DNA from: Eledone cirrhosa
Taxonomy: Eukaryota
Assembly: GCA_964016885.1 (NCBI GenBank)
Contig: OZ024744.1
Location: forward strand, 43,834,001-43,898,000
Direction: 5' to 3'
Length of the DNA stretch: 64,000 nucleotides
The number at the start of each line of letters is the position of its first letter. The first letter of the stretch is position 1. Shown here piece after piece: positions 1 to 11,462 of this stretch. The notes beneath the pieces were generated by a model that was given only the letters and a program-made list of their open reading frames with translations, did not search any database and was not told where the DNA came from. The translations under genes and the position numbers were made by a program.

Positions 1-930
1 TAGTGGAGTCTTTGGTGGAAATAGAAAAGAAATTCCAAACATGGAAGCAGGGCCTAGAAACAAGAGGTCTTAAAGTCAACCTGACAAAAACTAACGTGCT
101 AGTAAGTAGAAGAGAAAAGGGATCCCTGGTCCCCCGGGGAAATGGCCTTGCTCAATTTGTAGGAAAAAAGTCGGTAGAAATTCCATACTCTGCCCAAATG
201 CAAACTATGACTACACAAGAGATGTAGTGGGATATCAATAAGTTTAGCTAAGAATATAGGCCTCACATGTAACCGCTGCATCGGGGCAGTAAGCAGCAAA
301 TGACCACAGGAAATAAACGCTATCAAATTTTGGGGTAGTTCGGTAGAAACAGTAGACAGCTTCTCCTACCGGTGTGACCAAATTACTAGCGGAGGTGGGT
401 GTTCTGAAACTATAGTAGCCAGAGTAAGATCGGGATAGAAAGGATGTTGTAGCTAGCAGTACTACCACAGCTAGCTACAATATTTTTTTCCTCAAAATGA
501 AAGGCAACCAGTATGATGCGTGCATAGGAACAACAATATTGCATGGTAGTGAGACCGGAGCGCTGTGTGCAGAAGACTTGCATACGTTGGAAAGAAATGA
601 AACTCACATGCTCTGATGAATATGTAATTGTAATATACGTGAACGACAAAGCATAAACGAACTGAAAAAGAAACTAGGCATAAGAGGAATCAGATGATGT
701 GTGCAGGAGAGGACATTACGTTGGTATGGACATGTGACGCGTATTAAGGATGACAGCTGTATAAAAAGTTGCAGAGCGCTCAAAATTGATGGAAGCCATT
801 GGGTGGAAAGACCCAGGAAGTCTTGGCATGAGGTGATAAAAGCTGACCTTGCCCAATTGCACCTCTCAAATGTGATGACACAGGACCAGGATCTCTGGTG
901 TTATAGTAATACAGAATACCCGCCTTCCCA
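1..930 (+). mobile_element. Degenerate RTE-clade non-LTR retrotransposon 3' fragment
   Basis: Frameshifted RT C-terminus (KFQTWKQGLETRGLKVNLTKT), a Cys-rich insert, and the RTE-type C-terminal LRWYGHVTR...RPRKSW motif (ORF 701-1000). Contains several stops. Confidence 0.8.
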
Positions 931-1414
931 TGGGCACAGGCTGAAGCTAAAGCATACATATATATATATAGTATGCATCCCTCCCATACATCTCTCATGA
1001 GGACAGGCTGTAGCATATGTCCAGTGAAGCCTCTAGCCGACACTGTAAAGTGGTCATGGTGGTGACACGGCAAAAAGTACTTCTCTTAACCTCTTTTATA
1101 TTCAATTATGTAAATTACTCCAGATGAAATCCGTCCTAAACTTTTTTCCTTTGTAAAAATCTAAACCCCAAACAATAAGCAACGTAGAAAAGTAATCTGT
1201 TAACCAGATCATAAATGTTCAGAGTTGTCACTTGGCATATTACGTAAATAAACTCTACAAAATATTCTTTTTTGTTTTCTTTTTTTAAAAAAACCTTGAG
1301 AATCACAAGCAATTGCTATTAAAAGTTTCATGAATTTCCACCGACATACATAAACATTCCAATTGTATTTTTTTCTAGTACACAATTCAATACGCACCTC
1401 ATACATATATGTGT

Positions 1415-1487
1415 GTGTATACACACACACACATACACACACCCATATATATATATTTATATACATATATATATATATGTACATAAC

Positions 1488-1573
<86 letters not shown>

Positions 1574-1620
1574 CATACGGAATATATATATATATATATA
1601 CATACACCTACACACACATG
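1415..1620. repeat. Compound (CA)n/(TA)n/(GA)n microsatellite
   Basis: Directly visible. It explains the YIYI/HTHT pseudo-ORFs. Confidence 0.95.
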
Positions 1621-1685
1621 TATTGATAGTGGTGTATCCATATGTGTTCATGTTTGTACCATATGTCTCCTGTAAGACCACTGAC

Positions 1686-1694
1686 TATATAAAG
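1686..1694 (+). promoter_or_regulatory. TATA box of serine protease gene
   Basis: TATATAAAG about 50 bp upstream of an ATG in good context (CAACCATG) that opens a signal peptide. Confidence 0.6.
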
Positions 1695-1742
1695 AGTAGG
1701 AATAACAGAGAGAAGACACAGCTGTTCTCTTCTTCTTCAACC

Positions 1743-1791
1743 ATGTTGTACTTGAGTTGCCTCGCACTTGCTTTCGTGGCCATCTTTGCAG
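1743..1791 (+). CDS. Exon 1 (signal peptide MLYLSCLALAFVAIFA) of secreted S1 serine protease
   Basis: Hydrophobic 16-aa leader ending at donor GCAG|GTAAAT in phase 1, which matches the phase-1 start of the protease exon at 56689. The link between the exons is inferred. Confidence 0.7.
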
Positions 1792-3243
1792 GTAAATATC
1801 ACACTTACATGATATATCTATAGCTCACACACCCCTATCTTCACGTACGTAACACTACCGGGGATTATGTGGAACTACATCGTCTACACAGCCCATATAT
1901 ATATATCCTGCAGCGATGTGTATTGTCTTTAAAACGTAGAAATATCCGAGACCCCCAGTAGACAACTGATGAGGGAGCCCTACCCCCTCCCTGTTCTTGC
2001 TTTCTTCGTATTCCCACTGCATTTTAAGTTACCTTAAATAGCAACTACACAGACATTTCTATTCTCCATATATACATATATACATATATATATGTAGCGA
2101 AATCTGTCCACGCCTTGGCCTTGGGTGACACCTAAGGTCAAACTGTAGGTCACCACCCTTTTGGTGTGAACAGGTTCATGCGTGGGCTATCCCTTCAAGG
2201 TGGGAGACAGAAATCGAGAGGTATATAAAGCCTATATTTTCCCACCTTAGATACAGAGAGATCGGAGCACCACGATACAGACTAGCTATGTAAAAGATTC
2301 AGCGCTACCTTCAGGCCCCAGAGGTCTACAGATATATCGGAGCAATACGCCTACAACAAGCTATGTAAAGATCTACAGGCCACAGTGGTCTACAGTCAAT
2401 TACAGACCAATACTCTCTCTCTCCTGGTCGCAGACTTTTTGACTGAAGTGAAGTAAATCTTTTCATATATAAAGTAAATCGCTATTCTTGTTATTCCATC
2501 TAACAACCATGTTATAATCATTCTAACAACTAACTAAAATCATCCTTCGTTATATTGGTGAACCCGACGTGATATATATAAAAAAAAATACGATGTGGTA
2601 TATAAAAAAAAAAAGAAAACAACACGAAACTTATTTTCAGCATGGCCACCGTCAACAACTTTCTCAGCAATATATAATTACCAAGCTTCTCAGCTATATG
2701 GTACGATATGATAAAACTTCACTTTTTCAAATTAATCACCAAACTTCCATTCTACGGAATATTTACAGTGACTTCGCTTTGATTTTTCGATTCATTACCA
2801 AACATTTAACCACGTGATTCGTAATCTCCAACAACAACAGACAATACTACTAGCTTCCTAGCAAGAAAACGATCACATAAAGAAGAGAAAACTGAACTTT
2901 TTGTAAAGAACAATTATATAAATATTTAAAAAAGAAATGTTTACAGGTTATATATGAACGCTCATTTTTATTTTTTTATTCGTTTTACTGTATTATATGC
3001 CTGTATGAATATATCCAGTTTGACATCAAACACACATCATTTTCTTTGTCACACACCAATATGTTTTTGTCTATGGTATATTCTGGATTAGGTTGGGTCT
3101 CAGCGAGATCACTTTTCAACTGGTCGAGGTACGGCAACAGCTATTAAAGATACGAGAAACTCACCCACGGGTACTACCCATTCGGACTTCTAGAGCGACC
3201 ACCGAACCTTCGAGTTCAACTGTTAGACCGAGGCATGGCAGGG

Positions 3244-4135
3244 TTACTCAGTGACAAGGCCTGAATTTGTTGCGTCAAGGCGTGTTGCTTGCTGTGCCAG
3301 TAACTGGTGTAGATCGGGCATCTCTGTGGCATTGGAGGGCTGAAGGAAAGTATTGGTGGAAGGCACGGCTGGCGTCACATTCGCTAAAGTCGAGTGCCGA
3401 TGTTGTACCTCCATGATTTTATCTTCCAGCTCAGCGAGTTCTTCAATGGAGGTGGACACCCTGGTGGACGCCAGAACAACTTGTGTGGCAGAAAGCAAAT
3501 GCTGGAGGAAGAGTTGCTTGAAAATTTCATCTGGGAGTTTATGTTCTACCAGGAGCTGCTTCATTCGCCGTAGGAGTTGCGACGGCTTTTTATCTCCTAA
3601 TTCCTCCGATATGAGGAGCTGGTGCAAGCGCTTCTGCTGCGACTCCGACGTCCTCGTAATTAACATCGTTTTAAATGTGTCATATAACACAGAGCTGGGT
3701 GGTGCTAAAATGAGGTCTCGAACCTCATTCATAATCTCCGGAGACATCGAACCAATGACATGTGTTAGACGAGATGCCTCGCTAACGATCCGGTTCGATG
3801 CGAACTGCGCTTCGATGTGCGCGAACCACAGTGTTGGATCGTGCACCCTTAATGTAAACGCTGCCTGGACTGCCATTTCTGCCGTAGATGAATCGTCGTG
3901 CACTAGGAACATCGTTTGTAGTGAATAAACAGAAGGTTGTGTGTCCGTTTCACGGGGTCACCTGTTGTAACGAAGATATGGAATTGTTGGTATGATGGCT
4001 TCAATGCAAAGAATAATACCAGGATTGTGTTGTTACAATGTTTATTTTATTATAACAATATTGAATTTGAACATTGGATGATAACATCTATAACATGAAA
4101 TATTCGTACAATAAGTTGATGGCTCTTCGAGTCAC
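3244..4135 (-). mobile_element. Truncated Gypsy element B: partial 5' LTR, Trp-type PBS and gag
   Basis: ORF 3912-3244 has Gypsy gag motifs (DPTLWFAHIEAQF, ELGDKKPSQLLRRM). The minus strand reads CTTCGTTACA-AC-AGGTGACCCCG (LTR end 3966, PBS 3963-3953). Confidence 0.8.
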
Positions 4136-4136
4136 G

Positions 4137-5520
4137 ACAAAGAAGATCCGGGGAACTACAGACCCGTGAGCCTCATCCCAATCGTCTGTAAAGCCTTGGA
4201 ATCTCTAATCAAGCGGGCAATTATGGCTCATCTTGCGTCTTTCACTGCCATCTCTCCATCTCAACACGGTTTCATCCCGAAACGTTCCTGTCTTACAAAC
4301 CTACTCGTGATGGAAGAATGGGTGACGAGGATAATAGACGATGGAGATGAGGCCGATATTATCTTTCTGGATTTCGCAAAAGCCTTTGACTCTGTCAACC
4401 ACCGCCTGCTCCTGCATAAGCTCAGCAACTATGGTCTCCATGATTCGATTATAAAGTGGATTGGATCATTTCTGGAGGGTCATACTTGCAGAGTTCGGAT
4501 CAATGGCAGTCTGTCATCGGGGGTCGGTGTAGGCAGCGGCGTTCCCCAGGGCTCTGTGTTGGGCCCAATTCTCTTCCTTCTATACATCAACGACATGCCG
4601 GACGTGATTGGTGGAAACGTGCTTCTATTTGCAGATGATGTAAAAATGGTAGCTCGTAGGAGTGAGATCGACAATCTCAAGTCCAGCCTCCAGCGCGCCT
4701 GGAGTTGGTCCATTGACTGGGATTTATACCTCTATGTCGATAAATGTTGCCATGTGGTAGTGGGTACACAGCCTTACCTTCAACGGTGGCACTGCTCCTT
4801 TGAAGGAGGTTGAGGAGACTAAAGATGTTGGTCTGCTGGTCGACTAGTCCTTCAAACCATCAAGACATTGCATTCAAGCCGCCAACAAGGCAAGGAGCTC
4901 TCTTTTTCTTATTCGACGCTCCTTTGCCAAACTCACTCCAGAAATGTTCAGGCCTCTCTATGTCGCCCTCGTAAGACCGCACCTAGAATATGGCACCTAA
5001 GCATCAAACCCATATCTCATCCGGGATATCCATCACTTGGAGAGAGTTCAACGACGAGCGACTCGAATGGTACATGGTCTTCATGAGCTGCCCTACGAAA
5101 GCCGGCTGAAGAAGCTGAACCTCTTCTCCTTGGAACGTCGACGGCTAAGAGGCGATCTCCTTTTGGCTTACAATCTCTTCAATGGCCATTATGATCTCCC
5201 TCAATATCTCCTATTCACTCCCGCACTTGAAAGAGGTCTACGTGGACATGACAAAAAGCTGTTTCACCGCAACTTTCGCCTAAATAGACGGAAAGCTGCT
5301 TTCTCGATCCGCATCTCTGGACCCTGGAATCGGCTTCCAGAAGAAGTAGCCAACGCGACAACCAGGCAACAATTCAAGGCGAAATTGGACCGGTGTTGGA
5401 CAACTGGGTTTCCGACTGTGTAAATTTTCCCCCTCTCCCCTCTTTACATGGCATCTGAAGCATCTATGTTTTAATTTCTGCCAAATATATTGTATTGAAT
5501 TGAATTGAAAAAAAATGCAA
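4137..5520 (+). mobile_element. 5'-truncated CR1-clade LINE (degenerate RT)
   Basis: NYRPVSL, QHGF, DFAKAFDSV, GVPQGSVLGP and FADD motifs, plus CR1-type C-terminus RRLRGDL / LRGHDKKL. Frameshifts and stops are present. Confidence 0.88.
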
Positions 5521-5774
5521 TTATCACAGAATACGATATAATATAATTTGTATTGTATCCGAAAGATACAATATGACAAACAGAAATGGTGAATGCAAAA
5601 TGCAAACAGTGTGAACTTACTATGTGTGTGTGCGTATTATTATATGTTCTTGTCTTAGTAGTAGTAGTATTCAATCAGCCAGGCGAGAATGGCTGTGAGA
5701 AATTAGTGGACAGACTGGTTTTTCGTGAAGCGAGATTTGACAGCGTCAGTGAATACCTCCTCTCTTATTTGTAG

Positions 5775-8700
5775 TGTAATGAGAAAGCTACTGCACTTAC
5801 CGCAATTCTGTTAGCTCTCTCAGCGAGCCATATCTCATCTACGTGGGTATATCCGTTCGTCGGCTGCAGTTCGCCTTCACACGTCCGTTCGTCGCGGGTC
5901 ACAGCCGAAAAAGTGCCCCCAGATGATCCCGGGTACGCATCGCACGTCACTTCCTCTTCCGCCTCCGGTCAGGCGTCCCCAGCTTCCGGTCACCTCCTCC
6001 ACACCACCACACCATCCCCACACTCCCCCCTGATCTCAAGGATCAATCTCCCTTCACACTGCTGCATGTGATAATCTACCCTCCAGCTAGGCGGTCGGCG
6101 ATCTCGTTGCGATCTCCGTAATGTTGGGGCGGCGCTTTGGATTTCCACTTCCTCGGAGTCCGTCGACACAACGATTCTACGGACATCCAGGATATGACGT
6201 GGCACTCCGTCCACGGACACGTTATTCTGGGAATTTACAGCTGTTACCGTTCCCTTTCCCCATTGAGATGTGCAACGTGCGTCTGGGGACTTAACCCAGA
6301 CTTCTTCGCCCACCTGTACGAATGCGTTCTCTCTCTACACTGGCCGTTCTGGTACGGTGGACGGGTGCTGCCACTCGTATCTGTATATTGCTCTGTGTGG
6401 CACCGATTCCTCAGCCTGTCCCACCCGCGGGGGACATGTTTTACCAAAACACTACCTCCATTGGTGAGATGTGCCTCCGCTCCGCCATTGCGTTGATTGT
6501 GCGGTGGTGTCGTTCCACGATTCCATTTCCACTTGGCCTGTATGGTGCTCTGAAGAAGCGGTCCACCTTCTATCCATCAAGAATCTCCCTCGGCGCCTCT
6601 GCTCCAAGAATATCTCTCTCAACATCCGTGTGATTTCCTCCGCAGTTGCCGTCTTCATTTCCCCCAATATCGCCATCCGTCCCGGTCCACAGTGAACCAT
6701 CGAGAGGTATGTTCCCTGTCGGTAGTGTGTTACGTCCACCGGCAATCGCTTCCAGTCGCGATCCACCGGGAGACTTCCCGTTTCGTGTACACCCGAGGCA
6801 GGATCAATAGACTGACATCGGACGCAGCCTCTGACCACTCTCTGGACACTTTGTCTGCTAACGTCGGAGTCGATTCTCCTGGCTAGGAACAGGGTCCTAT
6901 CCACTCCCATGTGATGCAACCCTTTAAGCTTCGACCCGCTCAACCGACACACAGCAGCTAACCCCTCTTCTACATCCTCCGGCGCTTCCATCCAGGCTTT
7001 CTTCACCCTGGTTAGGACGTCTGCTCTATTTTTCTCTGAGGGCACGAAGACTACACTCAACCTCAGGTTGAACTCGGTGGCCAGCTCTCCTAGAGTTCCC
7101 AGGCGGCGCTTTATCAGCATTTCCGCCGCACACTCTTCTCACTGGTAAGCACTGATCTCACCCATCCGAGTACAGTGGCCGAGTCAGTGCGAATCTCAAT
7201 GGTGCGCAGTACCCACTTCAAGGCGAAGTTCACCCCTCTCAACACCGCGTCCAGCTCGACCACATTGATATGGTTGCAATCATCCTTATTCCTGAGCCAG
7301 ACTGCATCCTCGACCTCGACACCTCCTATCCCCAGCGTGACACCTAGCGCTATGCTGCTGGCATTACACCATACGGTCCCGCTCTGTGATTTGAGGACAT
7401 ACCAGCGTCCTTGCACCGGGTCGTCGGCCTTCACCCTCCCCACGATCTCCTGCATCATGGCTACCGTCCTCTCTCCCACTTTATCACTCAAAGTCACCCC
7501 GTCCGCTCGTCTCTTGACATAGCTGCATGCCGTCCGGAGCCACCCAGCGATTGAGTAGTGACCCACCAATTTTCCACACACCGAGAAGAGTTCCTGTCAT
7601 ATTTGGGCCCAGTTCCGGGACTTCATTTCCCCTCCGAAATACTAGCGTGCCCGTCTTGTTTCTTCGAAGCCTAAGTCCCAGCGCGACTCCTCCCTCCAAC
7701 GCCTCCGACGGCTTCGCAGTCAATCCGTACCCTTGTAAATGGCTCGTGACCTCCGCCGCCAACACTACAGTCTCGTCCACTAGGATGTCGTCGATCTAGG
7801 AATTGGTAGCCCTCTTCATCTTATCGGCCTTTCCCAAATCGTCTTGAGGACCGCCGCCATGATCTTCAGTGCAGAGTTCAGCCCGAATCTGAGCCTGGTC
7901 AGGAAATATGTCTGGCCCTTATACCTGACCAGCTAATACTGCCACAGCTTCTCCTCCACGTGTAGCTGTAGATATGCCGACTTTAAATCGACGATTGTGG
8001 AAGCCCCCGTCATACGTCTCCACTCACGCAGGGTTTCCCCGCAGACATCCCTGACCTCGCCACCCGTGTGGCACGACACGTGCTCATTCAGCTCCCGAAA
8101 ATCCAATACCGGTCTCACCTTGTTCTTCGTGGGTTGCGCCACCACCATTAACGGCAGTACCCCACACTTCACCTCCTCTTTCCAGGGAAGCAGTATGCCC
8201 TCCTCGATCCATCTCTCTACCTCTCGCTCAAACTCGCTCCTAGTGTCTCCTTTCAATGTGTGTTGATAGCAGCCCACTTTGTCCTTCAGTGTTGGTGGTT
8301 CTCCCTTCCAGTACCACTCAACAACCCATCGGTGCCCGTCGAACACGGCCTTGAAGTCCTTATCCTGTACAGTGTAAGCGGCATATTTTTCCTCGTGGGC
8401 CTTCGCGTTTTCTTGTCGCGTACTCACAGCGCATACCGGTGCGGCGCCGCCAAATGTCACGCCTACATCGTTCACTGTGACGCCTCCTAAACGGCCAATC
8501 GCGTCCATGCCCATAACTACGCTGATTCCATCCACCACGCAGTCGACCACAATGGCCGAAAGCCTTATTTTCTTTCCCCGTACCACCATCTCCACTTCGC
8601 TGCGACCTCGACATTCAATCTTCCTACCATCGACTGCCCTTACTCTGCTCTTCCCCTCCACTTCTGCACCCCCCCCCCCCGTGGTCACTGAGTCGTCGTA

Positions 8701-9909
8701 CAGCCCGTGTACACGAGGGCTCGTAATGGCTTTCCCCTCACAAAGACTTTCACCACGAGCAGCGCCTCTACTCGCGAGGGGTAGCTACTGGCGCAGTAAC
8801 GCCTCTTGGTCCATTTCCCTGGTCGCAACTGGTAGCGATGTGGCCTGGCCGCTTACACCAGTAGCAAATTATGTCCGGCCTTGACTCTCTACAGTCTCTC
8901 GCCATGTGCGCGCCCTGGCACCTAAAACAACGACCTCTAAACGCTTGCGAGCAACTGCGCGCCGTGTTTGTCTCCCTTTCGCCATTTCGCTGTCGGTTGC
9001 CCCGGGCCTCCGTTGCTGCTATTGCCGCAATACTCTTCTTGGCATCCTCTGCTATGATGCGGGCTTGCTCTACCAGTGCACGCATCTCCATTTCCTTTTA
9101 GCCAGGTATTTGCTGCAGTTTCACCGTGATGTCATCCGGAAATACGTTTATGAACGCCAACCGCACCACATGTTCGCATTCGACCTGCAACCCAGCCAGC
9201 ATGGCCAATCGCCTTATCTCCGCTGCAAAAATATCCATATGCTCACTATTCCACCTAATCCTTGCCAGCTTAGCAAACGCGGTAAGCGGTCCTTCCGCGA
9301 ACGCTTCCATCATACGCCGCTCAATTTTTGCGCGTCCATCTGACTGAGTTCGTCCATCTCGAGGTACAATGCTAGCGCGTCGCCCTCGAGATAGAGTGCG
9401 ATGAGGCCCTCTACATTGTCTATCTCTTGTAGCTCAGCGACCAGCCGAACATTTCGCATCCAAGCGACAGCGTCAGCTTCACCGATAAAAGCTCTAATTA
9501 CTTCTCGGCTCATCCGTAATCTCGTCGCCATCTCCTTAGTCCTGCGGTAAGTAACAAACAACAGAATCCTCTCTGTTTTCCAGAAGCTTTGTCTTCAAAA
9601 AAATTCTTCCAATTTTTTTTTTTTTTTTTTTCGATTGTAAGTCTTCAGATGCCGAAATAGCTTGTAATGAGAAAGTGACTGCACTTACCGCAATTCTGCT
9701 AGCTCCCTTAGCGAGCCAGCCTCATCCACTTGGGGATATCCGTTCGTCGGTTGCCGCTCTCCTTCACACGTCCGTTCGTCGCGGGTCACAGCTGAAAAAG
9801 CGCCCCCAGATGCTCCTGGGTACGCATCTCACGTCACTTCGTCTTCCGCCTCCGGTCAGGCGTCCCCAGCTTCCGGTCACCTCCTCCACACCCACACACT
9901 ATCACCACA
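5775..9909 (-). mobile_element. Compact Gypsy LTR retrotransposon C (gag-pol, degenerate)
   Basis: LTRs of ~248 bp at 5775-6022 and 9663-9909 (TG...CA), 5-bp TSD TGTAG (5770-5774, 9910-9914) and PPT GGGGGGAG (6030-6023). Gag has CCHC knuckles. RT (VRPVLDFRELN, DLKSAYLQ), RNase H (WCNAS, TDSATV) and integrase (HHMG, CVRC, DVTH) occur in Gypsy order. Confidence 0.92.
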
Positions 9910-11147
9910 TGTAGTACGACTTTTTCTACTGGGCATAAACAAATCCTTGTATTTATAACTTCGTTGTAGTTAGAAGGATGGATATATCATCTGACCTGTG
10001 GTTAGCATCTCCCAAGGGGTTTGGGTCACAGGTCAAATAGAATGTCATCCATCATCGTTGACAGGACAAAGGCGAAACCTTTCAACCACGGCTTGTCCCA
10101 GAGGCGGGAAAGCTCAGATTCGGTTTCGAATCTTCGCCGGTAATATGTAGGGGTATTCCGTTATACACATGATAAACAACCCACGGTTACTACTCACTCG
10201 CTTGGACACACTCAAGCACGTCTGGACTCACTCAGGCAGGCAACTCAAAATTGCACACACTCATGTCATAGCGTAAACCTCGACTCACTGGAAGAGAATC
10301 TTACTTATGATGATACATCGAGAGAAATAGTTTCTGTGTTGTCATATCGTAATCCGATACCGTAACCCATCCATCCATACACAACAGTTCGAAATACTAT
10401 CACAACTTTGTATATTTACAGTTTCTTCTAAACGTTACACGCACACATGCATACACGGTTATACGATATTTTTTTCCGCTCTCCAAATTTCTCTGCACTC
10501 GAAATGCGCAGTACCCACATTTTGTGTGTTTTGGGACACGCTTCTAGAATCAGATTTCGCTACCCCTTTTATAATCCAACGCTGCTCCTGCATCGATCTG
10601 GGTAGGGAACTAATGTAGCGAAATCTGTCCACGCATTGAACCTTAGCTGACACCTAAGGTCAAACTGTAGGTCACCACCCTTTTGGTGTGAACAGGTTCA
10701 TGCGTGGGCTATCCCCTCAAGGTGGGAGACAGAAAGCGACGGGTATATAAAGCCTATATTTTCCCTCCTTAGATACAGAGAGATCGGAGCACCACGATAC
10801 AGACTAGCTATGTGAAAGATTCAGCGCTACCTTCAGGCCCCAGAGGTCTACAGACATACAGATATATCGGAGCAATACGCCTACAATAAGTTATGTAAAG
10901 ATCACCGCTATCTACAGGCCACAGTGGTCTACAACCAACTACAGACCAACACCACTCTCTCTCTTTTGGTCGCAGACTACACCAGCCTCATGAAGCAACA
11001 ACAAGATAACATTGTCAACCTTCGCAACTCGTGGTAATATATTTATTGTTCATTTTGTATAAAGTAAAACGGCCATTCTTGTTATTACATCTAACAAACA
11101 TGTTATAATCACATTCTAATAACCACTACTAATGCGCCTTCGTTAAA

Positions 11148-11190
11148 TACACACACACACAAACACACACACACACACACACACACATAC

Positions 11191-11225
<35 letters not shown>

Positions 11226-11231
11226 CATACT

Positions 11232-11262
<31 letters not shown>
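11148..11262. repeat. (CA)n/(TA)n microsatellite
   Basis: Directly visible, abutting the 3' LTR of element A. Confidence 0.95.
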
Positions 11263-11263
<1 letters not shown>

Positions 11264-11462
11264 CCAAAATAAAGAACATTATTGCTCCTACCAGTCTACT
11301 AACCCTCAGTAAATACTCTCAACCTAACACCTACATGTACCGCCCGGACTAGGCTTACGCAACCAGACCTTATTACCAAAGGAAGAAGACATATATGTTC
11401 TTATTGCTATCTCTTCGCGTAGTTCATGGTGTTTTACTCGCCTCCTTTGCAACAACAATCAC

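Larger units (their letters stand above)
2093..11147 (+). mobile_element. Gypsy LTR retrotransposon A (tRNA-Trp primed, CsRn1-like), internal region eroded and filled by nested insertions
   Basis: LTRs 2093-2554 and 10614-11147 both begin TGTAGCGAAATCTGTCCACG and end CCTTCGTTA(T/A)A. PBS TGGTGAACCCGACGTGAT (2556-2573) differs by one base from the complement of the tRNA-Trp 3' end. A purine-rich PPT precedes 10614. Confidence 0.85.

Noticed and set aside
1209-1681. YIYI/HTHT/CVCV ORFs here and at 44.3, 50-50.8 and 53.8-56.7 kb
   Set aside because: Translations of dinucleotide microsatellites.
1935-1995. CTGATGA followed by a GGGAG/CTCCC hairpin (hammerhead-like)
   Set aside because: No GAAA box after the stem and no convincing stems I and III.
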